Positions 25,201-40,909 of a stretch of DNA of 64,000 nt are shown one piece after another. The notes beneath the pieces were generated by a model that was not told where the DNA came from, searched no databases, and worked only from the letters and a program-made list of their open reading frames with translations. A program made the translations under genes and the position numbers. Origin of the DNA: Trichoplax adhaerens (taxonomy: Eukaryota; Animalia; Placozoa); the NCBI RefSeq assembly GCF_000150275.1, contig NW_002060947.1:5196444-5260443 (forward strand), read 5' to 3'. Each line of letters begins with the position of its first letter. Position 1 is the stretch's first letter.

Positions 25201-28200
25201 GTAGCAATCGGTAGGTTTTATGACAATAAAAGGTGCTTATGAATTGATGATAGCGATATTCTCACTTACTTTTTTCTCCAATTGACGCAAATTCCTAAAT
25301 CAAAAAATTGATATTTAGAGATTCATCGTGTCTGAGAAAAATATTTTAGAGCTATGCTATTTATAGCTAACTTTGTGATCCATTCCGATTAATGGCGGAC
25401 TTTCAACAACATCTGCCAAAATGAACGACAATCATCAATTATGTCTATAATAAAATTTTCTCTTTTTCATTTTCAATTAAGCTGTAATATCATTGATAGC
25501 ATCTTGGGTATTAACTAAACTTTAATAATATCAAAAAATCTTCTAAGTGCATAATTAATCACTATACGAGTATAGACAGCCTTTCAATACCGTAAGATAA
25601 ATTAAACTAGTAAATTTTATTAGCATGCAAAATCGCTAAACAATTAGGAATCAATACGTTTAAACTATAGTTAAATTTCGACAATTTCAGAAGGTAAAAA
25701 ATTAAAACTTATTAGTAAGTAATTAAACCTTTCAATACCTGCAAATTCGTAGTCGTCCATATCAAGGCTCTTTTGCTCGGCTATTATTAAAGATCTCTTC
25801 CGCAATTCTATATAAACAAACGTAACATCCCAGCGTGTTTTAGTCATTGTATATTCAAATAATTGCAATACCTAAGCCAGAATGAAACTATACCCCGTTC
25901 TGGAGATGAGTAACGATCCATGCTTAATCCTTCAACAGCAGCACCCAAGGACATTTGGCGTCTAATTCTAGGATTATTGCCAAATTGATCGGCTAATAGG
26001 TAAAACATAAAGGCATACATTTATATAATCAAAGAACTTAAAATGGGTCATACCCAGGCATTCTTAGGACAATAAATATATGTAATAAAATAATTTCGAT
26101 AAATACATAGTATAATTTCTGGTTTTAAAATGAGAACTATCATGTCCCATTTTACAATTTTATTCAAAATCCAATGCAATGTTAATTACTATACAGTATT
26201 ACCATAATTATCTTCTCCATTGGATAAATGTGCTAAATTATCTTGAGAAGCACATTTACTTATAACGTCTTTCTTGATTTTAACAGCATCTTGCAATTGT
26301 GAATGAGAGATTGATGTTCGAAGATTACAATTTTCAGGTAGTGCTTTGTCGTTGATGAGCGATTGCTTTTGAATTACATATACTTTAAGAACAGGATATG
26401 ATTTAATTAATTTGACTACGTTTACTTCTTGCCAGCCCGCCTAATAAAACGACAAGTTTGTTTATTCATAAGTAAGATGTAAATAAATTTAAAAGTGAAA
26501 TTATTATAGTGGCTTCTCGTTATACATTTTCCTATCAGTTTTTAAAATAGATAAATCTTTAAACTTGTACTAGCTAAAACAGGCACGCATGTAAACTGGT
26601 TACCGCATCCCATTACTATGTTGCCGTATCCAGTGCATTGCAGAAGAAATTAATTGCTAATATTATAGCAAAAAGTATGCTATGTCTCTAATAATTAATT
26701 ATTCTTGGCACCATTTAGAGTCACATTTAAATCACACAAATGTTACGATGCCAAATTACTAAAAGTGCACCACAAGTTTCATGGTAGGGTATAAAAGGAC
26801 GAGCGAATACTCGGCTCCTTAGTTCATAATTAGATGGAGTGCTGGAAGGCACTCGATTACTCTATTAATAAAACTATGCTAATCTATTAGAACAATCTTA
26901 TCCCTGTGTGACCGTAAGTAGTATAGGACTACCACACAGTAGACCTCCAGGTTTAGTGGAGTTTGTAATAAGTAATCTATTAATTTAGGATAGTAGTTCG
27001 CACTCAAGCTAGTGACAATCAGGTTTCAAATTCAGATTACATGTTTAAGTTACATAGTAAAGAATCTTACCACATTTTGTTCATTAATTTGAAATACTTC
27101 ATCACCTTCTTCCAATTCGCTGTTATATGCTGGGGACTTTTAGTAAAATTAAGCGCTTTGTTAGATAAATTCATAATTTTATGTTTCTAGAAGCAAATAA
27201 AAGTACGTGCACATAACGTTTAATTCTTTAAAAAATTAGTTTACTCACATCAGGTTTAATGCTCTCAATTATAAAGGTTCCGGAGATACTTGGAACAAGC
27301 TTTACCCCCTAAGTATTATATGAGTATATCATGACTTATGGTTTTAAGAAACAATGATCATGTGACGTCCTCACAAATATTAATCTAATATTATTTCATG
27401 ACCGGAATATACCATTATAAAAGTACAGTATTTATCATTTATGTCATACAATCCATGTATTCTTTACCAAAATATCATCATTTTTGTTTATAATAGCTCG
27501 TTTTAAATTGGTAGGATAAGTTAATAATGAGTAGTCCTTCGTTTCATCCATAATTTTATTGCAAATAGTACTGGCTTCCTGACACTAAATACAATAGAAA
27601 TGCAAGCGATGAAAATAGCATCAAGATTTACTATCCGGTACACAGTGTACTATGATATTTAATTAATATTGTAAATATTCTAATTCAATTAATATTGAAT
27701 ATAGGTATAGATTTACTTCTGCTATAAGGACTTACGAATTCTTGAAATTTCGATTTTGAAATTGTGTTGCTGGTCTAAAAACATAATTTTAATGTTCTGT
27801 TAAACGCCATTATGGCCTTCTTTTAAGTTAACGATTAAGAAATTATAAATTTTTTGCAGGGGAATGCGAATTTGCCAACCGTAATAGGGCTATGGCTTTA
27901 TCGATTGATTGCTTAATTTTATGTTATACCAATAATTACCGAACTATTTGTACACCAAACCAATTCATCTGCGAACCTCTTAGCTAGTCTATTCAGTCCA
28001 TGGTAACCTCGTAATGTAGAAAATGGTGGACTATATGAGCAATAAATAGGGGTTAGATTTGACTACTTTTAATTTTTCAGTTTATAGAATACCTGTAATT
28101 CTCTCAGAATAATAAATTTCTCAAGATTTTAATACAAGCTACGATAAAATTCTTCATAGAGATATTATTTTTAACGCAATACTATAGAATAAGCAAGTAT

Positions 28201-31200
28201 GTCGTCCTAAGCTCGTACTGTGAAATTCATCATTGATTTACCTGTTTAAAATAAAGGCTAATTGTCGAGAAGCTTTAGTTAGCTTCAAAAAGTGCAGTGC
28301 TGAAGTTCGAGGCGCCAAAGTCAATCTATTTAATTTACGGGCTGCAAACAGTGCAGTCTGATTTTGTAGCGTTGATTGCTACGGTATCATTGAATTCGAA
28401 AAAAGGAAATACACATATTATAGCTATTAGTAATGTTGAAGACTGTATCAAAATAGCTAAGAACAACATGAACGCTTATGAGGGACTATTGTCATTTAAT
28501 AATATAATTAGTACACCGAATAATCTTAAAACGTTTATATGTTCAATTGATATGTGGTAATAAATATCGATCTAGCAACATCATTAACTACTGTACTCTA
28601 AAGTTAAGTAATATAAAGACTGACTCTGATATACGTTAAATGCAGAGCATAATCATCTTGCATATGATTTGCAAGATATAAAGTAACTACAAGAAGAAGG
28701 TATAAACTTACCAGGATGCTTAATGAAAGAATTGATTTTAATATCGTAAGACGATGATTGAAGCTTTCGATCTATAAATGAAAATATCGTGACAAAACCA
28801 ATAACGCAAGTGTACGTATATGTTTTGTTGATATATGTTACAGAATGCTCATCGTTATTTCCAGACACGTACTAGTATGTCCATTGATTTTAAGTTATTG
28901 TTTATTATAATGTTAAAAAGTTAATAATTCTTAATATCAAGATGTAGATTTAAAACAAAACTGCTTCACCTATTAATTATTGCAACTGAAAATCTAAAAA
29001 TTGTAATTCAGAATAACAAACTAAAAATATATCAGAATAGATTTTCCTACAATTATACCGATATCGTATAATATTTCTAGGTCTCTAATAGTTAATATTA
29101 AGAAACTAGTAAAACTACAAGCAGGTAGAGCTAATTTTGTGTTGACATTCCGTAAGTAAGATATTATGCGAGCGATTAGGCCATAGGTTATTCAAACTGT
29201 TACAGCTTGCATTATCGTTTGCAACTAGAGATTATGTGCTTTATATGATTGAAATGATATTGACTTGGATCAACTTACTTGCATGTTAATAAGGTCATGA
29301 TGATTTAATTCAAGTAATCGTTCTCCATCAATATCATCTTGAAAGCAAGCCAAGAAGGATGATACGTTTTCAGTATCATCGATGCCTAGCAAAATAAGAT
29401 AAAAACATTAAGAAAAACTGCTGATAAATTAATAGCAGAATATGGCCAAACACTCCGAGCTTGCACTCTAGAATATCATTTATCATTCATTTGTATTATT
29501 GACGGTGCGATTATTGAAGAAAATTAGTAAGGCTAGAATGATTAAGGAAACATTTAACGGTATTATTGTATGTTATTCTTTCTCGATATATCAAATCTTT
29601 TATCATCATTTTGTCCGTTGCGCAATAACATGGAAGACAATGAATTGCCTTTTCTATTTCGGAATTAGATATCAAATGAATAAATTGGCATGCATACGGT
29701 ATGCATAAATCGCACAATGAAATAGCATTTTTACAGTTATAAAAGCTCTTTTAAATATTTATAAACTACTGTACTGATAACAAGTTTATATGGATGAGTG
29801 GACGATTTTTTTCTGTTTCATTTTAATTGGAACATATTTATAAAATTGATAGTGTCAAGATTTCTGTTACTCTAATTGTACTTTTAGTTTACAATATAAT
29901 AATACTGTCCTCTAACTACTTGTTAAAATTCAAGTCTTATATCCATTTGTTAGCATGAAACTATTAGAATATGAATGTTCTACGGGTTTGGCTATGATTA
30001 TACCAATGATAGTTTAATTGTAAAAATCCGATCAAGGTTCATACAATTTTAATCTGAAACTCCTAAACAAATTCAATCAGCCCTATTTAATAAGCATAAT
30101 TAAATAATTGTGTTAAATTGTAATAAAATGAAAGACCGCACTCGATTTTTTCTACTTAATCGGCTTCCAGGGAGACATAGGCTATTATGAAGTAATATAG
30201 TTTATCGGAAACAATTTAAATTTATTCAATTTTAGGCAATTTGACGTTTACAGTAAAGATTGTCAAAGCAGATAAACTAAACTATAACAGTAAAGGTCAT
30301 GATGCATGGATATGGTCATATGTAGTAATGCTGTAAATTTCATAGAAATATTGAACAGTATGAAACGCCTATGTTTTTCGCTCGGTCTTTGCCATAGCTA
30401 TCACGAAAACGGATAACAAATTAAGATACGTTAATATCGTTATGCACATAGATATTTTAGAGTCATATGAATAACCAGAAGTACGATTATACCATTAATT
30501 ACATTTCCTTCAGCAATCTTTACTATAATCGTGCTATACGATGTAAGGACCATAAATTATCAATTTTTTATCTGGAATAATATTCTATGTTCTCTATGTG
30601 GTATAGAACAAAGGTTATAATGTGTAGCATTTATTTCCCTTAGCTACCCTTGTCATAGCTGTTTACCTATCGTGAAAGAAACGAAGACAAATGCTAACTA
30701 AATAAACTATAATATCGACAATATTGATAAATAATGCATGATTAATCTGTCTCCAATGGTATTACTATTACTATTCTATACCGTATGAAATCTATTGAAC
30801 AATGAAACCTTGGGTAGAGTTTCTATGAATAAATAAAAATTTATCGTTATTGCTGTCATTTTCCAAAATCTTCATATCAGTCATCTTTCCATTTTGGAAT
30901 ATAGCAGAATTTTAGATTGTCATCTTCAAAGGATGTGCATGCGCAGCCGAAGCAAATGTAACAAATTTATGTTCAATTAAATAATCGATTCGTAGATATT
31001 ACGTTAGGATTTAAGGACGATTCTATCGCTATTCTAGTAATTTTAAAAGCATAGCATTAATATTCTAGTTAGTTAATTGAGTATGCAAGATATCACGATG
31101 ATTGCTACGATCAAAGCGAAACTAAAGGAAAAGTATGACATGACGGTCAGTCCAATTTATTTTATAGATCCTGATTGACCTCGCAAAATGTATAAATAGT

Positions 31201-31874
31201 GATAGGACTAATAGGTACAGTAGGCGCTGTAGGCGAAAAGTAAGGAAATGGAATTAATTCTAGACCGTCACTATAATAATAATACAAGGCCATAAAATAT
31301 GTAATAAAAATTAATTCCTATTTAATTAAATTACGGAATGACTGCAAATGATACCAAGGAATAAGATCGACTACAGCAGTATGCTCTCATACCGTACTGT
31401 TATAAGGCTAAGACCGGGATCTGTTTTCTAATTTTGTCTGGTTCTGAGCATCATCGCATTGCTAAAAAGTATGACATAACTTCAGATCTTATTTATGTCA
31501 AGCATAATCGCAAGACCTCAGAAGTTATGACAGTTTCAGCCGATTGGATTCTAGTTAGTTACATCTTCTTTTGGGTAATTTTAAATTACCACCGCTGCAC
31601 TGAACAGCTTAAAGCTCTAACCTTTCATTACTTATATATCTAATATAGTGAACTATAATTAAACTTTTAAATCTTACTGATGACAATTACACACCATAGA
31701 ATTTAGAACTGCAAGTTATGATTCTCGCGGTCTTCATATTATCCAAGTCAACAGAAGATTGTATTTAGCGTTAATTAAGAAATAATTTTAACTATCGTTT
31801 CCAAACTCACCTTTCAACCAATCTACAACATCTGCTGAACTCCATAAGTAAACTGATCGGAAATCGCCAAACAT
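22226..31874 (-). CDS. CNKSR: Connector enhancer of kinase suppressor of Ras (CNK/CNKSR family scaffold), multi-exon
   Basis: ATG at 31874: MFGDFRSVYLWSSADVVDWLKG|IDDTENV..IDGERLLELNHHDL (SAM). CRIC-like ..ASRQLAFILN|SPPFS. PDZ GVKLVPSISGTFIIESIKPD|SPAYNSELEEGDEVFQINEQNV|AGW. PH GRSDLAGFLWIK..QWCRCWFRLLDTNLYIYK..YLNADNREEMTK|WMAVLNQA. Acidic last exon ends at 22226. Domain order is diagnostic for CNK. Confidence 0.9.
26801..27005. other. Multi-hairpin fold-back element in a CNKSR intron (unassigned structured element)
   Basis: Nested inverted segments: 26801-26811/26992-27005, 26816-26835/26975-26990, 26855-26867/26966-26977. Local hairpins at 26837-26854, 26879-26890, 26904-26939 and 26945-26961. 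Confidence 0.5.
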
Positions 31875-32314
31875 GACGTGATGCAATGGTTGGATAATAC
31901 CTTCTTATTTTAAATTCTCTTGATAAAAATGATGAATAGGTAACTAAACTTGCCGTTTTATATCAGCAGTGTAACGACTTCACAATTTTTGTAATAAAGA
32001 ATTTTATTTCGTCATTTAATATTTTATACGGTGCACAATGAATCTACTAGACAACCAATAACTTATAGAAAAGCTACTACACAATTACATTGCGTTTTAG
32101 TCCAATTATTAAATAATTAATTTTTCAACTCTTTGTATAAATTCAGGTCAAAAACATGAACCAAGTGGAGAAGGTTAACATTATAATAACTTGGAATACT
32201 TTAATTATCATTAGTTTTCTAGGGCTGTACTCTTTACAATCTATATACAATAGCTTTAGAATTAAAACCGTATCAATATCAGTTGTTTGAAATTTACATA
32301 TGAGCAAGTCAGCA

Positions 32315-35209
<2,895 letters not shown>

Positions 35210-35456
35210 GCTGCAAAAGATGGATCAGTAACTAGAATCCAAGGCCTCTTATTCGGTTATTCATTAGAAATAATCTTGTAGAAATGAAGAGCATCAGGAT
35301 TAGTCGAAGATAGTGAGAGATTTTACTAGCCGCTACCACACTTAGATCATGCCAAGCCGCGCCTGATTGAGAGAGTTAAAGTGGGTAAAAGTCCATGACG
35401 CAGTCCTACAGTATAGCGCAATATAGTCTTGCAATAGACTACTTGTGTACCGTAGC

Positions 35457-35572
35457 CACCGACAGTACAGTACAGTACAGTACTGTACAGTACAGTGCTA
35501 CAGTGCACAGTACAACATTGTACTGTACTGTACTGTACTATACTGTACTGTACTGTACTGCACTGCTCGGTG
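35457..35572. repeat. Inverted (TACAG)n/(CTGTA)n pentamer array forming a ~116-bp hairpin in the CCDC174/EXOSC8 divergent promoter
   Basis: CACCGA-(CAGTA)n-CAA ca TTG-(TACTG)n-TCGGTG. The arms are reverse complementary around 35516-35517. Confidence 0.85.
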
Positions 35573-35940
35573 CTTCTGCTCCGAAATTGCAACCCGATTA
35601 CCATTTAATGTACTCATAGCTATTAAAATTGGAGATTTTGCAAACATCTCTAACCGATGGTGATTCAAGATTGATATACTGTTGCTGCATTATAAGGATA
35701 TTTTCATACTTTGCATACTGTAGTGTAGAGCGCACAGCAAACTCCAACTAACTTAAGCTCCATTTATAAATTGGCTAAAACGCTCAATTACAGCTATTAA
35801 ATTATCTCTTCTTGTCCGCACTGCATCATAAACTGTTTATGCGTATGCGTACCCAACTGTACATAATTGGACCTATAAAGATTCAAGATTAATTCGAGAT
35901 TACATCGTTACAGAAATTGAAGGAGGAAACAAGATAGAAC

Positions 35941-37902
35941 ATGGCTTTGCAATTCAAGTATGCTTGACACAATAACTTAATACTTGCTATACTGATCATC
36001 ACTTTAATCATGCTTATTACCTTTATTGATCATCAATTTTAGAACGTTGAGGCCTAAGGAATTCTACGACAGATTTATTGTAAGCCCATTATAGTTAAAA
36101 ATGGCCTCGATCGACATATTGCACATTGAGGTTCAAAATAAGTTCGTATCGCTGCCAAGGATGGCACGTAATGAGTAATTTATTCCTCTCTTCTAGGCTG
36201 AAAATATCAGACCTGATCGCAGGACGTTTAAGCAATTTCGAAAAACAACAGTCAATGTTGGTGAGTCTAGTGGTTATGAATCAATAAATAAAAATTAGCT
36301 CAAATACCCTAATTCTAATAAAAGCAAAGGTACGATAGGACACTGTTTTATTGGTTAACAATAACTGCATATTTTGCAGACATTGTAGTTAGTCTATACT
36401 CTACCTCTGTTTATGCTTTTTGCCTAATTGGTCTCAGTTTAGTGATATGGAAATAGTGTATATCTTTACTCTCATGTTCGTATATGTATGTTCATACTTT
36501 TCGAAGTATACCTAAAATCACAATCTAGGAATAGTCACGCCTGCTAAATGAATCATTATAATCTACTTTGTTGGTAAAGGGTCGATTACTACTGCTAACG
36601 GATCCGCATTAGTTAAAATTGGTAACACCACTATGCTATGTGGTATAAAGACTGTAAGTTGCTCATCACTATTTTATCATTATAATAAGCGATACTAAGC
36701 TAATTCGTAAACTGGATAAACTTCGTAACGATAGCTTTGCAAAGACAGTTTTTTGATAATGTTTTTGAATTAATGTAGGAATTTGCGGTCCCGAAGTTAG
36801 ATAGTCCTGACCATGGCTACATTGGTGTGTTCATTTGATTGAGGATATACATCAGAGTTACGGTATACAGTGTCTGCTTTCTACTAATATACATTGTTAT
36901 TGGTTGTTTCCATTCAGTTCCAAATGTAGACTTGCCCCCATTATGCTCTTATCGATTTCGTCCCGGGCCTCCAGGGGAACAAGCTCAAGTATGCAGCCAA
37001 TATTTAGCAGACATAATCAAAAGGTTCTTTGTCGTATGGCATCTATTCTTTAACTTCTCTATTATTGACTACTGTAGTAATTGCATTTTTAAAATTCTCA
37101 TTTATAGCTGTAACTTGATCAATCTGAAGGATTTATGTATTGTTAAAGAGAAGGTAATCATAGTGCACGTACTTTTTACCAAAATTTACCCATCAACTTT
37201 GCAAAAATTTGGTTACAACTATTTCCTTCATTTCTCAGCTCGCGTGGGTCATTTATATTGATTTACTATGCCTGGACTGCGATGGAAATGTACTAGATGC
37301 TAGTGTTATTGCAATGTTGGCTGCCTTGCGAAGTGGTACTTTTGCGCTATTTTCTACTCTATCTTGATACCGTTTTCAAAGTGTGTCTATATACTCAATT
37401 AACTACCATGAATCTTCTATAGCTAAGTTTCCGAAAGTAGAAATTGATGAAGAAGTTGATAAACCAATTGTCTCGAAAGATGAATCATTTTCTCTAAATG
37501 TTAACGACTGTCCTATCTCTTCCACATTTGTATTATTTGATAAGTATGTCTGTCTTTACTGGACTGCTGCAGTTTTATCGCAAATAACATGATCTTCATT
37601 TGCAACTGTAGAAATTTAATACTAGCGGATCCGACTTCCGAAGAAGAAAATTTATCCAGCGGCTACCTCACCATTACAGTTAATAATGATGATGGATTAT
37701 CTAACGTTCTAAAACCAGGTTTAGTTTCTGACTTAAGACAATAATTATTAAGGTACAAGTATGCCATAGGAATAGCTTGTGTATGTTTTATCGCGTTATC
37801 TTAGGTGGACGTGGCGTAAATGACGCCGAATTAAATGAATGTATAACATTGGCTATAAAAAGAGCACGGGATATGCGAGATCTACTATCAAAATTATGTT
37901 GA
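35941..37902 (+). CDS. EXOSC8: Exosome complex component RRP43, multi-exon
   Basis: MALQFK|[12 protein letters not shown]|[21 protein letters not shown]|[25 protein letters not shown]|[15 protein letters not shown]|[24 protein letters not shown]..; later [11 protein letters not shown] and [11 protein letters not shown]. Stop TGA at 37900-37902. Confidence 0.95.
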
Positions 37903-38963
37903 TTGAATAATTTGTAATGAATATTTAACCGTGCACGTACGGTATGCGAGTGAAATTATAATTCTACACAACAGAGTATTGTACCATATTTGCCTAGGAT
38001 AGAGCGCTGGCAATGATATGAAATTATTCTCTTTGTTAACTTGCAGTCTGCTGTGCCTTTATGCAAAAAAATGCATTCAGATACAATTACACCAAAGTTC
38101 TCTGCATAAGATTGTAAAATAATGTGGAATTTTACTTCAAAAGTTAGGTTGCATTATAGCATATTAACTGATCTTGATATCTCCATGTTCATTTGTATAT
38201 GAATCTACATCTCTCTTTTATTCTTACATTATATTGGAAGTAGTTCTAAGTACTGTCCATTATATAATAACTATCTTCAATAGGAAGCCCTACCGATCGT
38301 TAGATTGATACGCAAATGTGTATTTCATTTTTTTGTATCGATTATCTTACGTATTATATTCTTTCAAGGTATCGTTAATGTTGCTGCACTCAACCAATAT
38401 CAAATTCATTTGTAAAATAAAACAATTTTTGGATAGATTTGACCAGTATGATGTATCAGTATACTAAATTATTGCAACTGTTGACTTTTATCTACTGAAT
38501 TTGCCGGTTATGGAAGTAATGTAAGTGTAAAGGCATTGATAAAAAGAGTCAAGAAAAGGCTAATGTTATTAGCCTTCAATTGTACCATAATTATAGGTCA
38601 ACAGATGAAAAATTAATTTTATAGGAGGAATCACAAAGAATAAGGCTAAAATAAAAATAAACATAAGAGTAATTCTGAACTGTCGACATTAATGCTATCA
38701 TTTGAGAGGCAATGACCAAAATGATCTGAAAAATAAGGATATCGGAATTGTCACAATTTCAGAATTTTGGATATTTATTTAAATTTCTGTGATGTCTTAT
38801 AAGTAGTCTATCAGTCTATAATTGTTTAAATTTTATCCTTATTCTTATTCTAAGTCTATTTCTGAATAAGTGTAAATGCCGTAGTGCGCCAAAGAGATAG
38901 ATGTATTGAAATTGATATTTATGTGACCCGATAAACTCTAAACGTGTCATATTCACACTGTAC

Positions 38964-39670
38964 CAAAGGCCGTTGTGCATATCAATAAGATCAATAACCC
39001 TGCAGCCAGATACGGATGAAGAGTAGCAGATACTGTTTTCAATAATGATATAATGAGCTCTAGTGCTTTGTATAATTTCGTAGACTTCACGAGCTGATAA
39101 ACGAGAGTAGAATTGATCTAAAAGTAAAATAATAGTTCAGTACTAAATTAGTACTGTATTTAACATAAGTGCTTAATCCATTTCATTCAGTATTCATTCC
39201 ATGGCTATGTTCGATCTCTCTTCTACGCGCGTTTTCATTTCCAATAAGATCGCAATTACCTTCGTAGTCCTTTCTGTTAACCATTTTTCTTCGTAATGAG
39301 GATGATTGGTAACATGCCTACCAGTGCAGCACTTCACCCCCGCAAGAAGTTGCATACTACTAGCAAAGGAGGTTTCCTTCCCAATACTATTACCGTTAAC
39401 ATTAAAAATAGAACGTTTTTGATTCGATCCTAATAATAGCCTGTGAGTAGGCATATTGTATAACTAAATAAACTAATAAGTGTAAAGATAATAAAATAGC
39501 TGTGAATCTTGTTAGTTTTATAATATATAGCTTAACAATACTAATTAATATTAATCCTTAATAATAAAGGCAATCACTTATTACAACTTCTGTGCGAACT
39601 TAATCCAGTTCATCAAATCTACAGTGTCAGGATCGTAAAATTCCCTTAGTTTACTCAATTCAGTTGTTAA
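38964..39670 (-). pseudogene. DPY19L3-like C-mannosyltransferase fragment (three C-terminal exons), apparently disabled
   Basis: Peptides ELSKLREFYDPDTVDLMNWI (about 39600-39665), SFASSMQLLAGVKCCTGRHVTNHPHYEEKWLTERTTK (39260-39392) and QFYSRLSAREVYEII..YIIIENSICY..GCRVIDLIDMHNG (38964-39117) match DPY19L3 motifs. There is no room for the multi-TM N-terminal region, the expected acceptor reads GG (39393-39394), and the last two exons are out of phase. Confidence 0.75.
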
Positions 39671-40240
39671 GGTAATAGTCAGTATACTATTCTTCTATCC
39701 AATTTTAAATCGTTCTAAAAACCTTTTACCTTGATGTTGGTAAACCAAAGATTTACTTTATGTATTTCTTGAATTATTGATCGAAATTAATAGCCACAGT
39801 AAGCACAAAGTACTACATGTAGTAAGTCAATCTGCGCCGTACTGGTATATGTGCAAAATTGAATGATTCTATTTGAGGATAATCTATAGTGCAAATTTAA
39901 TTAAAAATATAGCAAATTCTGAATACCTTTTTTTACGTTTCCATACTCCTATATAGATATTTATTAATTCTACTATGAACGCATTGTTCACGTTCCAAAC
40001 TACGTTATTGGCGATTTATGGTTAGTTGTTATTGAAGTAGCTATCCCCTCAATGACGTATAATTTGATAAATGATTCTAATTAATCATTATCCCAGTAGG
40101 ATAGTTCCTACACTAGTTACAGTAACTTTATAGTCTGAGTTGTATTGTCACCTTGGAAAAAATCTCTGAAGTAGCTTTAGAGATGGGAGGAAATTAACTA
40201 CTTCATTAACAAACGAAACCAATCATAAGAGAATAGAAGT

Positions 40241-40331
40241 TGCTACTTCAGCTCCTGGCGGAATGCACCTGCGTATTTCTTTCTAGGTGCTGCTTCAGCT
40301 CCCCGCGAAATGCACATGCGTATTTCTTTCA
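40241..40331. repeat. Imperfect ~47-bp tandem duplication (2 copies)
   Basis: TGCTACTTCAGCTCCTGGCGGAATGCACCTGCGTATTTCTTTC vs TGCTGCTTCAGCTCCCCGCGAAATGCACATGCGTATTTCTTTC. Confidence 0.85.
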
Positions 40332-40364
40332 TTGCGCAAAAGTGAGCAAACTAAGGAAGATGAA

Positions 40365-40653
40365 TACTATACACTATACAGTACATACTGTACAGTACAG
40401 TACAGTACAGTACACTTATACAGTACTTTCTACTGTATTCTGTTACCAAATACTGTACTGAAATTATTAAGTTGCTCTACTGTACGTACAGTACAGTGTA
40501 CAGACCTGAGAAAGGTTCGGTTTAAACCGTTATGATCTACTGTACGGTACAGTACAGTATACAGTATAACAGTACTACTGCACTGTACTGTACCTTAGAC
40601 TGTACAGTGTACAGTCTACAGTCTATAGTGTACGCACAGTACTGTACTGTACG
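40365..40653. repeat. Degenerate TACAG/CTGTA pentamer arrays in mixed orientation, upstream of TRNT1
   Basis: Two blocks of TACAG/CTGTA units flank the 12-bp palindrome CGGTTTAAACCG (40518-40529). Confidence 0.85.
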
Positions 40654-40909
40654 GTAAATGTTCTGCATACACAGAGTAAGATATATGTTCATACACAAGT
40701 CTTCAGCATTGAAATACACTCAGAAGTTCATTACCAACTTATACATTGACCCAAACAGCCCTTGTTGGAATAACGTAACCTAGCGATTAGACGCTGAGAT
40801 TATGATTTCACTATTGGACGTTTTAGTGTATGCGTACTAAACCTATTTAACGTATCAAGACATTGATTGGCTCGGATCTTGGCATCAAGAAGACTTTAGC
40901 TTCCTGGAC

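Noticed and set aside
26791-26865. Partial resemblance to U11 snRNA or SRP RNA words
   Set aside because: Lacks the U11 5' splice-site-pairing sequence and Sm site, and lacks the SRP helix 8 GNRA motif.
35347-35663. Three overlapping ORFs rich in YSTVQ/VLYCT
   Set aside because: Translation artefacts of the stop-free TACAG pentamer array.
40240-40719. ORFs with TVQYS/CTV repeats
   Set aside because: Same pentamer artefact plus the 47-bp tandem duplication.
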